A stretch of 64,000 bases of DNA from Anaerolineae bacterium (GTDB lineage Bacteria > Chloroflexota > Anaerolineae > B4-G1 > SLSP01). The stretch is taken from assembly GCA_026645815.1 (NCBI GenBank), contig JAPKMR010000012.1, forward strand, positions 26,728-90,727. Direction: 5' to 3'. A program made the translations under genes and the position numbers. How positions within the stretch are numbered: the first letter of the stretch is position 1; each line of letters begins with the position of its first letter. Positions 51,968 through 60,538 of the stretch are shown piece by piece. The notes beneath the pieces are model-generated. The model did no database searches and was not told where the DNA came from. It saw only the letters and a list, made by a program, of their open reading frames with translations.

Positions 51968-53008
51968 ATGACTGATGATACGTGGAGCCAGTTTCTAGAA
52001 GCCTGCCGTCGCGGGCACGATAAAGTGCAGCAAGATCTCAAAGAAGTGGATATGCTCATCCAACAGACCTCGGGAGAAGTGGACCGTCTGGTGCAGAACA
52101 ATGCCCGCGCCGCGGCACGAGTCCGGCAGGTAGAATCACAATTCGAGACAGTGCCACGTGAGGATATCAAAACAGCTTATTCAGCGATGCTCGAAAACCA
52201 GCAACGCTTATTCACAATGCGCGGGCAATTGGAGAAGCTGCAAAGCGATCAGAAGAATTTGGCGCGCATTGAAGAAATCTATAAGCGCGTTCTAGAACAG
52301 ACTGAACCGGTGATGGACCTGCCAACAACCAGCCCCACCACCCCCAAATCACCGCAGGCAATGGTCACCAGCATCATCGAGGCGCAAGAACGCGAACGGC
52401 AACGGCTCTCAAGGCAGATGCACGACGGGCCGGCGCAATCGCTGACCAATCTGGTGCTACAAGCCGAGATTTGTGAGCGTTACTTCGATCGCAGCCCGGA
52501 GCGCGCGAGGGCAGAACTGGCGGAGCTCAAGAAGAGTGTGGTAGGCACCTTTCAAAAGGTCAAGGGCTTCATTTTCGATTTGCGCCCCATGATGCTAGAC
52601 GACCTCGGACTCATGCCGACACTCAAACGTTATGTGGAAGGGCTTGCCGACAGCGGTTATCCTGGGGTGACCCTGACCATCACCGGAAAGGAACGGCGCC
52701 TCGTGGGCTATAAAGAGGTCACTATCTTCCGTCTGGTTCAGGAATTGGTAAACATTGGACGGGAACACGGGCAAGCGAGCAACATCAAAATCACCCTGGA
52801 TATGGGAGAGACTGTGGCGCGCATCACCATTGAAGACAATGGCAGCGGCTTTGAATTGGATGAGGCATTAACTTCAACCAACGCCACACGCCTCGGATTG
52901 TTGCCCTTGCGCGAGCGGATAGAAATGTTGGGAGGACAAATCAATTTTGCCAGCAATATCGGGCAAGGAATGCGCACAACTTGCACGCTGCCTATTGAAC
53001 AAGCCTGA
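51968..53008 (+). CDS. cytoplasmic HisKA_3-type sensor histidine kinase (DegS-like architecture)
   Basis: No TM segments. N-terminal coiled-coil region, H-box ERQRLSRQMHDGPAQSL, and HATPase motifs (DNGSGF, GLLPLRERIEMLGG). Confidence 0.85.
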   Translation: MTDDTWSQFLEACRRGHDKVQQDLKEVDMLIQQTSGEVDRLVQNNARAAARVRQVESQFETVPREDIKTAYSAMLENQQRLFTMRGQLEKLQSDQKNLARIEEIYKRVLEQTEPVMDLPTTSPTTPKSPQAMVTSIIEAQERERQRLSRQMHDGPAQSLTNLVLQAEICERYFDRSPERARAELAELKKSVVGTFQKVKGFIFDLRPMMLDDLGLMPTLKRYVEGLADSGYPGVTLTITGKERRLVGYKEVTIFRLVQELVNIGREHGQASNIKITLDMGETVARITIEDNGSGFELDEALTSTNATRLGLLPLRERIEMLGGQINFASNIGQGMRTTCTLPIEQA

Positions 53009-53157
53009 AAAGGGGCTGCGGGAGAATGCAGAATGGCGGCTCAGCCAGATATCCGGGCGCCATTGCACGATAACAAAGGGCCACATGGCAAAACGGTGCG
53101 ATATATTCAGCCAAAGTCTAGTCCTTTTGTGAAGCGTGGCCCCAATGCAGGCAACTA

Positions 53158-53185
53158 TTGACATCACGTTAAGCCGTGCTACACT
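53158..53185 (+). promoter_or_regulatory. sigma-70-type promoter upstream of the Tad operon
   Basis: TTGACA, a 16-nt spacer, then TACACT, about 135 nt upstream of the cpaB ATG, which has its own AAGGAGG SD. Confidence 0.6.
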
Positions 53186-53318
53186 AAAGTTACTCTTATC
53201 TAACTTTTGCATTGCGTCAGGAAATGGTAAAATTAGGGTGTTCTTGCCAATTTCAACGCACAATAAGTAGCTCAAAATTCTTGAAACCGATTCTGAACTG
53301 TTAAGGAGGTTCCCCAAA

Positions 53319-54404
53319 ATGCGCAGTAATCGAGGTTTATTGCTGATCATCTTGCTGTTAATCTTGGTCGGTATCGGTGGGTTTTTCTGGCTGCGCTTGC
53401 GTGGTGCTCAGAACACACCAGAGAGTGAAATGACGCCTACAGAACCGCCACAGGAGCTGGTGGAAATCGTGGTAGCTGCGCAAGACATCCCCCGTGGACA
53501 GCGGATTATCGTTGAGGATTTGGCGGTGGTGTTACAACCCTGGCCAAAGGAAGCCCTACCTCTGGAGTACTTTAACACCACTCAAGATGTAGATCAGAAA
53601 TTTGCGCGCATGGATATCGCACGCGGCATGCCGCTGGCACCCAGTATGTTGGGGCAACCAGGAGGAATGCTTTCAGTGGGAGGTTCCGCTGCGGCACTTT
53701 TCGAAAGTGGGTATGTGGCTTACACCATTCCCATGGATGCGCAGGGGGCAGTAGCCTGGGCGCCCATGCCTGGCGATCGTGTGGATGTGATTGCCGCGAT
53801 CCAGCTGGTTACCGTGGACCCAGAATTCCAGAGCGGCTTACCCAACAGATTCATCTCATTGCCCGCCGGAGAAGGAGAACAGGTCCTTAGCGGAGATTAC
53901 GGGCGCTTCGAGGCTTTACCCAACGGACAAGATGCCTTCATCTACCAGTCTGGTCCGGGCTTTCCCAACCTTGCCGTGCTAATGACCGTGCAGAATGCCA
54001 TCGTTTGGCGTGTGGGCACCTGGAATGAGCCCGAAACGCAAGTAGCTGCTGAGCCCGAAACCCGAACAGAGCAAGCCGGTGGGTTACTCGGCTCAACTGC
54101 GGCGCAGCCTCAGGCAACGCCAGTGGCAGCGCCGGTGCTACGGGGTGATGTGGAACCAATAACCCTCCTGGTTTATCCACAAGACTCACTGGTACTCAAA
54201 TACTTGATGGAAATGGGTGCAGATCTGGACCTGGTACTACGCTCCGCCGCCGATACGGACCTGGTCATTACTGAGCCAGTATGGTTACGATACATTATGG
54301 ACAAATACCAACTTCCCGATCAACCCTCGGATTTGCCTGTAGCGGTGACGCCTATCCGGCCACCACTAGTTTTGCCGACGGTTGTGGTCACTCCCCAACA
54401 ATAG
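53319..54404 (+). CDS. cpaB: Flp pilus assembly protein CpaB/RcpC
   Basis: N-terminal TM, SAF-like segment (VVAAQDIPRGQRIIVEDL), and first position in a cpaE-cpaF-tadB-tadC operon. Confidence 0.75.
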   Translation: MRSNRGLLLIILLLILVGIGGFFWLRLRGAQNTPESEMTPTEPPQELVEIVVAAQDIPRGQRIIVEDLAVVLQPWPKEALPLEYFNTTQDVDQKFARMDIARGMPLAPSMLGQPGGMLSVGGSAAALFESGYVAYTIPMDAQGAVAWAPMPGDRVDVIAAIQLVTVDPEFQSGLPNRFISLPAGEGEQVLSGDYGRFEALPNGQDAFIYQSGPGFPNLAVLMTVQNAIVWRVGTWNEPETQVAAEPETRTEQAGGLLGSTAAQPQATPVAAPVLRGDVEPITLLVYPQDSLVLKYLMEMGADLDLVLRSAADTDLVITEPVWLRYIMDKYQLPDQPSDLPVAVTPIRPPLVLPTVVVTPQQ

Positions 54405-54430
54405 CCTGAACAAGAGAGGATCAGCAACCA

Positions 54431-55723
54431 GTGGCTGGCGAGAAAATTCGAGTCATGATTGTGGATGATGTCGCAGAAACGCGTGAGCAACTGCGCAAGC
54501 TGCTCACGTTTGACGCTGACATACAAGTGGTAGCGATGGCGGGCAGCGGCGAGGAAGCGATCAAAACGGTCGCCGGCGCCAAACCTGATGTCGTACTGAT
54601 GGACATCAATCTGCCAGGCATAGATGGCATCACCGCGACTGGCAAACTTCTGGAAGTATTGCCTAGCGCCCAGGTAGTTATGCTTTCGGTGCAGGGTGAA
54701 TCTGATTATATGCGTCGTGCAATGATGGCGGGTGCCCGAGATTATTTAACCAAACCGCCAAGCGCTGACGAGCTCATTGACGCCATTCATAGAATGGCGA
54801 AACTCAAACCTATTCGTGGCGGGGAGACCCTGTCACCGGCAGCCGGCATGGGTAGCGGCGGAGCGGGTGTGGGCACGCCAGCGCGACTAGGGAAAATCAT
54901 CACCCTATTCAGCCCTAAAGGCGGCACCGGATGCACCACAACTGCAGTAAACCTGGCGATTGCACTACAGAGCTCAGTGGGACCAGAGGTCAAGGTTGCG
55001 CTGATTGACCTCAGTCTACAATTTGGCGATGCCGCGATTTTCATGAAATTGCAGCCCCCCCGCACCATCGCGGACCTGGCTTCACGTGCGAATGAGATGG
55101 ATGCCGAACTGCTCGCCACCGTAATGGTGCCCCACCCGTCTGGAGTTAAAGTTCTCGCTGCGCCTCCATCCCCAGAAGATGCAGAAAGCCTGCTAACGAC
55201 TGAAATAGTGGACGAGGCTGGCGGCAATCGCCTGGTGAAATCCATCCTCAAGTTCACCCGACAGGAATTCGATTATCTGATCGTTGACACAGCACATACT
55301 GTAGATGCGGTCATGCTAGCGCTGCTAGATCTCAGCGATATGGTCCTGGTGCTGTTGCGCCCAATTATCCCAGAAATCCGTGGGGCACGGAATTTCCTCG
55401 AACTGTTGCAGAAGATGAACTACCCCATGGAAAAAGCCGGGTTGGTAATCAACAGTGTGGATAATAAACGCATGGGCATTCAACCCGAAGCTATTGAACG
55501 CAACATGATGCCAGCACTAGCACATGTACCTCTAGATGAGCGGATTGCCTTGACCGCTGCCAACTACGGTGTTCCCTTTGTGGTAAAAGAACCGCGTGCG
55601 CCAATCAGTCAGGCAGTCATCAAGCTGGCACAAGTCATTGATAAACAATTCGCCAGTGGGACAGAGGAATCTACACAACCCGCTGAAACACAACGGCGCT
55701 TGGGTCTGGGACGTTTACTTTAG
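54431..55723 (+). CDS. cpaE: response-regulator receiver fused to CpaE/TadZ-type ParA/MinD ATPase
   Basis: Receiver motifs (RVMIVDDVAETRE, DVVLMDINLPGIDG). Deviant Walker A FSPKGGTGCTTTAVNLA. GTG start. Confidence 0.8.
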   Translation: MAGEKIRVMIVDDVAETREQLRKLLTFDADIQVVAMAGSGEEAIKTVAGAKPDVVLMDINLPGIDGITATGKLLEVLPSAQVVMLSVQGESDYMRRAMMAGARDYLTKPPSADELIDAIHRMAKLKPIRGGETLSPAAGMGSGGAGVGTPARLGKIITLFSPKGGTGCTTTAVNLAIALQSSVGPEVKVALIDLSLQFGDAAIFMKLQPPRTIADLASRANEMDAELLATVMVPHPSGVKVLAAPPSPEDAESLLTTEIVDEAGGNRLVKSILKFTRQEFDYLIVDTAHTVDAVMLALLDLSDMVLVLLRPIIPEIRGARNFLELLQKMNYPMEKAGLVINSVDNKRMGIQPEAIERNMMPALAHVPLDERIALTAANYGVPFVVKEPRAPISQAVIKLAQVIDKQFASGTEESTQPAETQRRLGLGRLL

Positions 55724-55749
55724 TTAGGGGCTAACGTAGGAGGACTATC

Positions 55750-57159
55750 GTGTCGCTGTTACGCCGCATTGAGAAGAAAGAACCGGCTGCTGCACCATCG
55801 TCTGGTCAAGCTCCAGCAGGTGGACAGAGGCAGGATCAAGGAGGAGCCGCTGCCACTACACAACGTCGGCCAGTATCGCCTCCACGTGATGCCTATATGG
55901 ATCTCAAAACCAGGGTTCAAAACCGTTTGGTTGCGGAATTGGATCCAAGTATGGATATCTCCCGAACCGATGAGGTGCGCCGCACGATTCGGCAGATGTA
56001 TGAGTCTATCCTTGAAGAAGAGAGCATCGTGCTCAGCCGTGTGGAGCGTGAGCGTCTGTTCGAACAGATCGTGGCGGAAATTCTCGGCCTGGGACCTTTG
56101 GAGCCACTTCTGGCTGATGATACCGTCACTGAAATCATGGTTAATGGGGCGAAGAACGTCTTTGTGGAACGCAAGGGCAAGTTGGAACGCACCTCCGTAG
56201 CATTTGAATCGAATGAACACCTGATGCGCATCATCGAACGCATTGTCGCGCCCCTGGGACGCCGTATTGACGAAAGTAGCCCGCAAGTGGACGCACGCCT
56301 CAAAGATGGTTCGCGCGTCAATGCCGTGATTCCCCCAATTTCATTGGTCGGTCCAGTGCTGACCATTCGAAAATTCTTCAAGGTACCCCTGCAAGTCGCC
56401 GACCTGGTGCGTTTAGGTTCGGTTACCGAAGAAACCATGGAATTCCTAAGAGCATGTGTAATCGCAGCGCTCAATATCGTCGTCTCTGGCGGGACCGGCA
56501 CCGGGAAGACCACTTTCCTAAACATTCTATCCAGTTTCATCCCTGATGACGAGCGCATTGTCACCATCGAGAACGCTGCTGAGCTGCAGTTGCGGCAGGA
56601 CCACGTCGTTACGTTGGAGTCCCGCCCTCCCAACATTGAAGGCAAAGGTGAAATCACCATCCGCGATCTGGTGATCAACGCGCTGCGAATGCGCCCGGAC
56701 CGCATTGTGGTAGGCGAGTGCCGTGGTGGTGAATCGCTGGACATGTTGCAAGCGATGAATACCGGACACGAGGGCAGTATGACGACCCTACACGCCAATA
56801 ACACGCGTGAAGGGCTATCGCGCCTGGAAACAATGGTGTTGATGGCAGGCATGGAGCTACCTCACCGAGCTATTCGTGAGCAAATCGCCGCAGCAATTGA
56901 CCTCATCCTCCAGCTAGAACGCCTACGCGATGGTACGCGACGCGTGGTCGCCATTACCGAGATTCAGGGTATGGAAGGTGATGTCATTACCACCGCAGAT
57001 ATCTTCAAGTTTGAGCAAGTAGGCTTCGAGAATGGCAAGGTCATTGGCCGTCTGCGCCCCACCGGTATCCGCCCCAAGTTCATTGATCGCATTGAGCAGG
57101 CAGGTATCCACCTGCCACCCTCGGTCTTTGGTGTGGGTGAACGGCTGCGCAATTATTAG
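55750..57159 (+). CDS. cpaF: CpaF/TadA family type IV secretion/pilus ATPase
   Basis: Walker A SGGTGTGKTT, Walker B RIVVGECRGGE, and His box TGHEGSMTTLHAN. Confidence 0.9.
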   Translation: MSLLRRIEKKEPAAAPSSGQAPAGGQRQDQGGAAATTQRRPVSPPRDAYMDLKTRVQNRLVAELDPSMDISRTDEVRRTIRQMYESILEEESIVLSRVERERLFEQIVAEILGLGPLEPLLADDTVTEIMVNGAKNVFVERKGKLERTSVAFESNEHLMRIIERIVAPLGRRIDESSPQVDARLKDGSRVNAVIPPISLVGPVLTIRKFFKVPLQVADLVRLGSVTEETMEFLRACVIAALNIVVSGGTGTGKTTFLNILSSFIPDDERIVTIENAAELQLRQDHVVTLESRPPNIEGKGEITIRDLVINALRMRPDRIVVGECRGGESLDMLQAMNTGHEGSMTTLHANNTREGLSRLETMVLMAGMELPHRAIREQIAAAIDLILQLERLRDGTRRVVAITEIQGMEGDVITTADIFKFEQVGFENGKVIGRLRPTGIRPKFIDRIEQAGIHLPPSVFGVGERLRNY

Positions 57160-57189
57160 CGCTCCAGAGAGGAAAGAAGGTACTGGACG

Positions 57190-58128
57190 ATGCTATGGTT
57201 TTTCTTGATCGACGGCGCTTTGATAATCCTACTGCTGGTGTTAGCTCTGCGGCGTAAGCCTACCGGGCAGGATTTGGTTGATGATCGCGTCGGTGGAAAA
57301 ACTCGCGGACGACGCGAGAAAAAAGAAAAAAGCGAAGGTCCCTCAAAGATCGGGAAGGCCGTTGACCGCGCGGTAGCAGGTCGGGGCTTTGCCAACACCC
57401 TCGCCGGACAATTGGCGCGCGCCGATCTAAAACTCACGGTTGGTGAATACATTGTCATCAGCGCTACTGCTGCTCTGGGCGCAGCCCTACTCTTTTACAT
57501 TCTCAACCGTCCCATCCTAATACCCGTTGGATTGATTTTGGGCTTCTTTGGACCACGCATCTACATCTCGCAACGGCAGAGTAAGCGCCTCAAGGCATTT
57601 GATGACCAGCTGGGAGATGGCCTCAACCTGATGGTCAATTCGCTACGCGCCGGTTATAGCACCCTACAAGCAATGGATGTAATATCCAAAGAGATGCCGG
57701 AACCAATAGCCAAAGAATTCGGCCGTGTTGTGATGGAACTACAGCTAGGCATTGACTTTGATACCGCCATGCAGAACCTGATGCGGCGCATGCCCAGTCC
57801 CGATCTCGACTTGATGATCACCGCAATGAGCGTGCAACGCGAAGTCGGTGGTAACCTGGCGGAAGTGCTTGACGCGATCAGTTTCACCATTCGAGAGCGT
57901 GTACGGATCAAGGGCGAGATCAAGGTGCTCATCGCACAGGGTCGTTTTACGGGCTATCTTCTCACGCTATTGCCCTTCGCCTTAGCAGGATTTCTGTATT
58001 TGTATAACCCAGATTTCATCGGGCCCATGTTTCAAGACCCATGTGGTTGGATCATGATTGGTGTGTCGTTGGTTCTGATTGTAGTGGGCTATTTTGTGAT
58101 CAACAAGATCATTTCTATCGAAGTCTAG
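57190..58128 (+). CDS. tadB: type II secretion system F family protein TadB
   Basis: T2SS-F domain pattern (LPDxL..M...L.AG......A) with flanking TM helices. Position after cpaF. Confidence 0.8.
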   Translation: MLWFFLIDGALIILLLVLALRRKPTGQDLVDDRVGGKTRGRREKKEKSEGPSKIGKAVDRAVAGRGFANTLAGQLARADLKLTVGEYIVISATAALGAALLFYILNRPILIPVGLILGFFGPRIYISQRQSKRLKAFDDQLGDGLNLMVNSLRAGYSTLQAMDVISKEMPEPIAKEFGRVVMELQLGIDFDTAMQNLMRRMPSPDLDLMITAMSVQREVGGNLAEVLDAISFTIRERVRIKGEIKVLIAQGRFTGYLLTLLPFALAGFLYLYNPDFIGPMFQDPCGWIMIGVSLVLIVVGYFVINKIISIEV

Positions 58129-58144
58129 AAAATTAGGCTGGGGA

Positions 58145-59080
58145 GTGCGAAACATGGCAGGCATAATTGCCCTGGTGCTATTGTTGGTCAGCGCAACGCT
58201 GTTTCTAGTGTTGCGTGGTAGGGGGGGCAACCAGAATCTGGATGACCGACTCGAGGAAATGGCAGCCCTGGGAGAGCCTATCTCGCTGGAAAAGATTGAG
58301 CTCTCGCAACCGTTCACCGAGCGCGTCATCAAGCCAATGCTGCAAGGCCTTTCGGCAATTGTCCAACGCACAACGCCACAGCAAATGTTGGAGCAAGCCC
58401 GACATCAACTGGAAATGGCGGGAGTGATTAACAAAATCAAACCTGCACAATTTGTCGGCATCCGTTTAGTCACAACAGCTGTCGGCGGCATTCTAGGTTT
58501 TATGGTGGCAGGCCTGTCAGATGACTCCGGCTTCGGGCAGAAACTGCTGATGATTGGAGGCGGAATTCTCTTTGGATACGTTTTGCCACAGTACATGCTC
58601 ACCTCCCAAATCCGAAAACGCCAGGAAAATGTCCTCAAGGCACTGCCGGATGCATTGGACCTGCTCACGATCTGCGTAGAAGCCGGTTTGGGATTTGATG
58701 CCGCGATGTCGAAGGTTGCGGAGAAATGGGATAACGAGCTCAGCCTAGCCTTCACGCGCGCAGTGCAAGAAATGCAGCTCGGGAAATTGCGCCGAGAAGC
58801 ATTGCGGGATATGGCAACCAGTTTGGATGTAGGCGACGTGACTTCGTTCGTAGCAGCCATTGTGCAGGCTGATCAATTGGGCGTAAGCATGGCAAAGGTC
58901 ATGCGCATTCAATCGGAGCAGATGCGTATGAAGCGCCGGCAGCGGGCAGAAGAGAAAGCGCGTCAAGCGCCGGTAAAAATCATGCTGCCGTTGGTGTTCT
59001 TCATCTTCCCGACCATTCTAATCGTGTTACTAGGACCAGCTATCTTACAAATCAAGGAATCTGGTGTCTTTGGCTTATAA
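58145..59080 (+). CDS. tadC: type II secretion system F family protein TadC
   Basis: ALPDALDLLTICVEAGLGFDAAM is the T2SS-F signature. TM helices at both ends. Second F-family gene after tadB. Confidence 0.8.
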   Translation: MRNMAGIIALVLLLVSATLFLVLRGRGGNQNLDDRLEEMAALGEPISLEKIELSQPFTERVIKPMLQGLSAIVQRTTPQQMLEQARHQLEMAGVINKIKPAQFVGIRLVTTAVGGILGFMVAGLSDDSGFGQKLLMIGGGILFGYVLPQYMLTSQIRKRQENVLKALPDALDLLTICVEAGLGFDAAMSKVAEKWDNELSLAFTRAVQEMQLGKLRREALRDMATSLDVGDVTSFVAAIVQADQLGVSMAKVMRIQSEQMRMKRRQRAEEKARQAPVKIMLPLVFFIFPTILIVLLGPAILQIKESGVFGL

Positions 59081-59132
59081 GAGAATCTCGAGATCTTAGC
59101 ACATCAAGGACTCTCACGTAAATAAGGCCCCT

Positions 59133-59861
59133 GTGATCTATAAGCAAATCATGGATGCGCTCGTTCAAAAGCTGGGGTTATCTTATCGGTGGCTACTGGA
59201 TCTCGTTGCACCCCCCTTATGTGTGGGATGTCGAACAGTAGGGGTGTGGTTATGTACTACCTGCGCCGGCAATATCCCGCTGCACGTAGGCGCACAATGT
59301 CCACGATGTGGGCGACCCTGGACGGGCAACGGTCCGTGCGCGGTGTGTCAGGAGCACCCTTTGCAGGTCAACCCGGTACGGTCAGCCTTTCTCTTTGAAG
59401 AACCCATTCGCGGCGCCATACACGCCTTGAAATACCGTGGTGGCATCCAAGTCATCGAGGCCTTGGCAACACCCCTAAGGGAAGCATGGTGCACCCTGGA
59501 TATGACCAGCGATCTTCTTATACCAGTGCCCTTGCACAAACGGCGCGAAGCTCGCCGGGGTTACAATCAAGCGCTGGTGCTGGCTCAGGCTCTTGGATCT
59601 CAACTCAACCTGCGCACCGCCTCACGAGCGTTACAGCGCGTACGGGATACAGCCTCACAAACCCGTTTGAACCGTGAAGTCCGACACCGAAATGTGGCAG
59701 ATGCTTTTGCCGTGTTCCCAGGTTTAGATTTAACGGGTTTGGTTGTTACTCTGGTAGATGACGTGGCGACGACCGGCGCTACGTTGAATGCGTGTGCTGT
59801 TGTATTGTTGGAAGCCGGCGCAAAAGCGGTAAACGCCTTTACGCTGGCGCGCGCCCCATAG
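59133..59861 (+). CDS. comFC: ComF family protein (ComFC-type phosphoribosyltransferase-like)
   Basis: N-terminal double zinc motif (CVGC...CTTC, CPRCG...CAVC) and PRT motif VTLVDDVATTGATL. Confidence 0.85.
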   Translation: MIYKQIMDALVQKLGLSYRWLLDLVAPPLCVGCRTVGVWLCTTCAGNIPLHVGAQCPRCGRPWTGNGPCAVCQEHPLQVNPVRSAFLFEEPIRGAIHALKYRGGIQVIEALATPLREAWCTLDMTSDLLIPVPLHKRREARRGYNQALVLAQALGSQLNLRTASRALQRVRDTASQTRLNREVRHRNVADAFAVFPGLDLTGLVVTLVDDVATTGATLNACAVVLLEAGAKAVNAFTLARAP

Positions 59862-59895
59862 CTGTACCAAAACAAATCTTTCAGGAGGGCATGTC

Positions 59896-60456
59896 ATGAA
59901 CGTACAAATTTACAACCGGAATTTGGAGCTGACCGAACGCTTGAGTGAATATGTGGAAAACAAAGTGGAGAAACTCGGTCGTTACCTGGCAGATATTGAG
60001 GATGTGCGGGTGGATCTCAGCACCACCAATGCACGCGATGCATCGCGCCGGATGGTTGCACAGATCACGATCCGCGTCCGCCGGTCAGTCTTGCGGGCCG
60101 AAGAACGTGCAGGGGATATTTTCTCAGCCTTCGACGCCGTGATGGATAAGATGGAGCGACAGATTCGACGCTACAAAGATCGCAAGATGAGCCATCGGGG
60201 TGAGGCAGTGACGCCCGACGATGTGGAGAAAGCCGCCGCGATGGAAATTGCTGCTGAAGAAACCGAGATGCTCGGCGGTAAGATTGTACGCGTGAAGCGT
60301 TTCGAGGTCAGCGCCATTCCACCGGAAGAAGCCGTGGAGCAAATGGAACTGTTGGGACATTTCTTCTACATCTTCATGGATGCCACCGATGGGCGCTTGA
60401 GCATTGTCTATAAACGCGAGGATGGGGATTACGGATTGATCAAACCCACCTACTAA
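59896..60456 (+). CDS. hpf: ribosome hibernation-promoting factor, long form
   Basis: Sigma-54-modulation/RaiA N-terminal domain (MNVQIYNRNLELTERLSEYVENKVEKL) and the long-HPF C-terminal dimerisation domain (KRFEVSAIPPEEAVEQMELLGHFFYIF). Confidence 0.9.
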   Translation: MNVQIYNRNLELTERLSEYVENKVEKLGRYLADIEDVRVDLSTTNARDASRRMVAQITIRVRRSVLRAEERAGDIFSAFDAVMDKMERQIRRYKDRKMSHRGEAVTPDDVEKAAAMEIAAEETEMLGGKIVRVKRFEVSAIPPEEAVEQMELLGHFFYIFMDATDGRLSIVYKREDGDYGLIKPTY

Positions 60457-60477
60457 GCTTAGTGAAGACCAGGAAAA

Positions 60478-60514
60478 ATCGCGCGGTGCATGAGAAACTC
60501 ATGCACCGCGCGAT
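60478..60514. terminator. hairpin terminator between convergent hpf and lon
   Basis: atcgcgcggtgcatgag-aaa-ctcatgcaccgcgcgat, a 17-bp stem. The minus strand continues with tttttcc, so it best fits a lon terminator. Confidence 0.7.
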
Positions 60515-60538
60515 TCTATGTCTGTAGCTATCCGGCAC

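Noticed and set aside
53009-53318. Search for a small Flp pilin gene between the kinase and cpaB.
   Set aside because: The only short ORFs there (for example MQNGGSARYPGAIAR) lack a hydrophobic pilin helix and the G/xxxEY processing motif. The region is better explained by the promoter at 53158..53185 and its leader.
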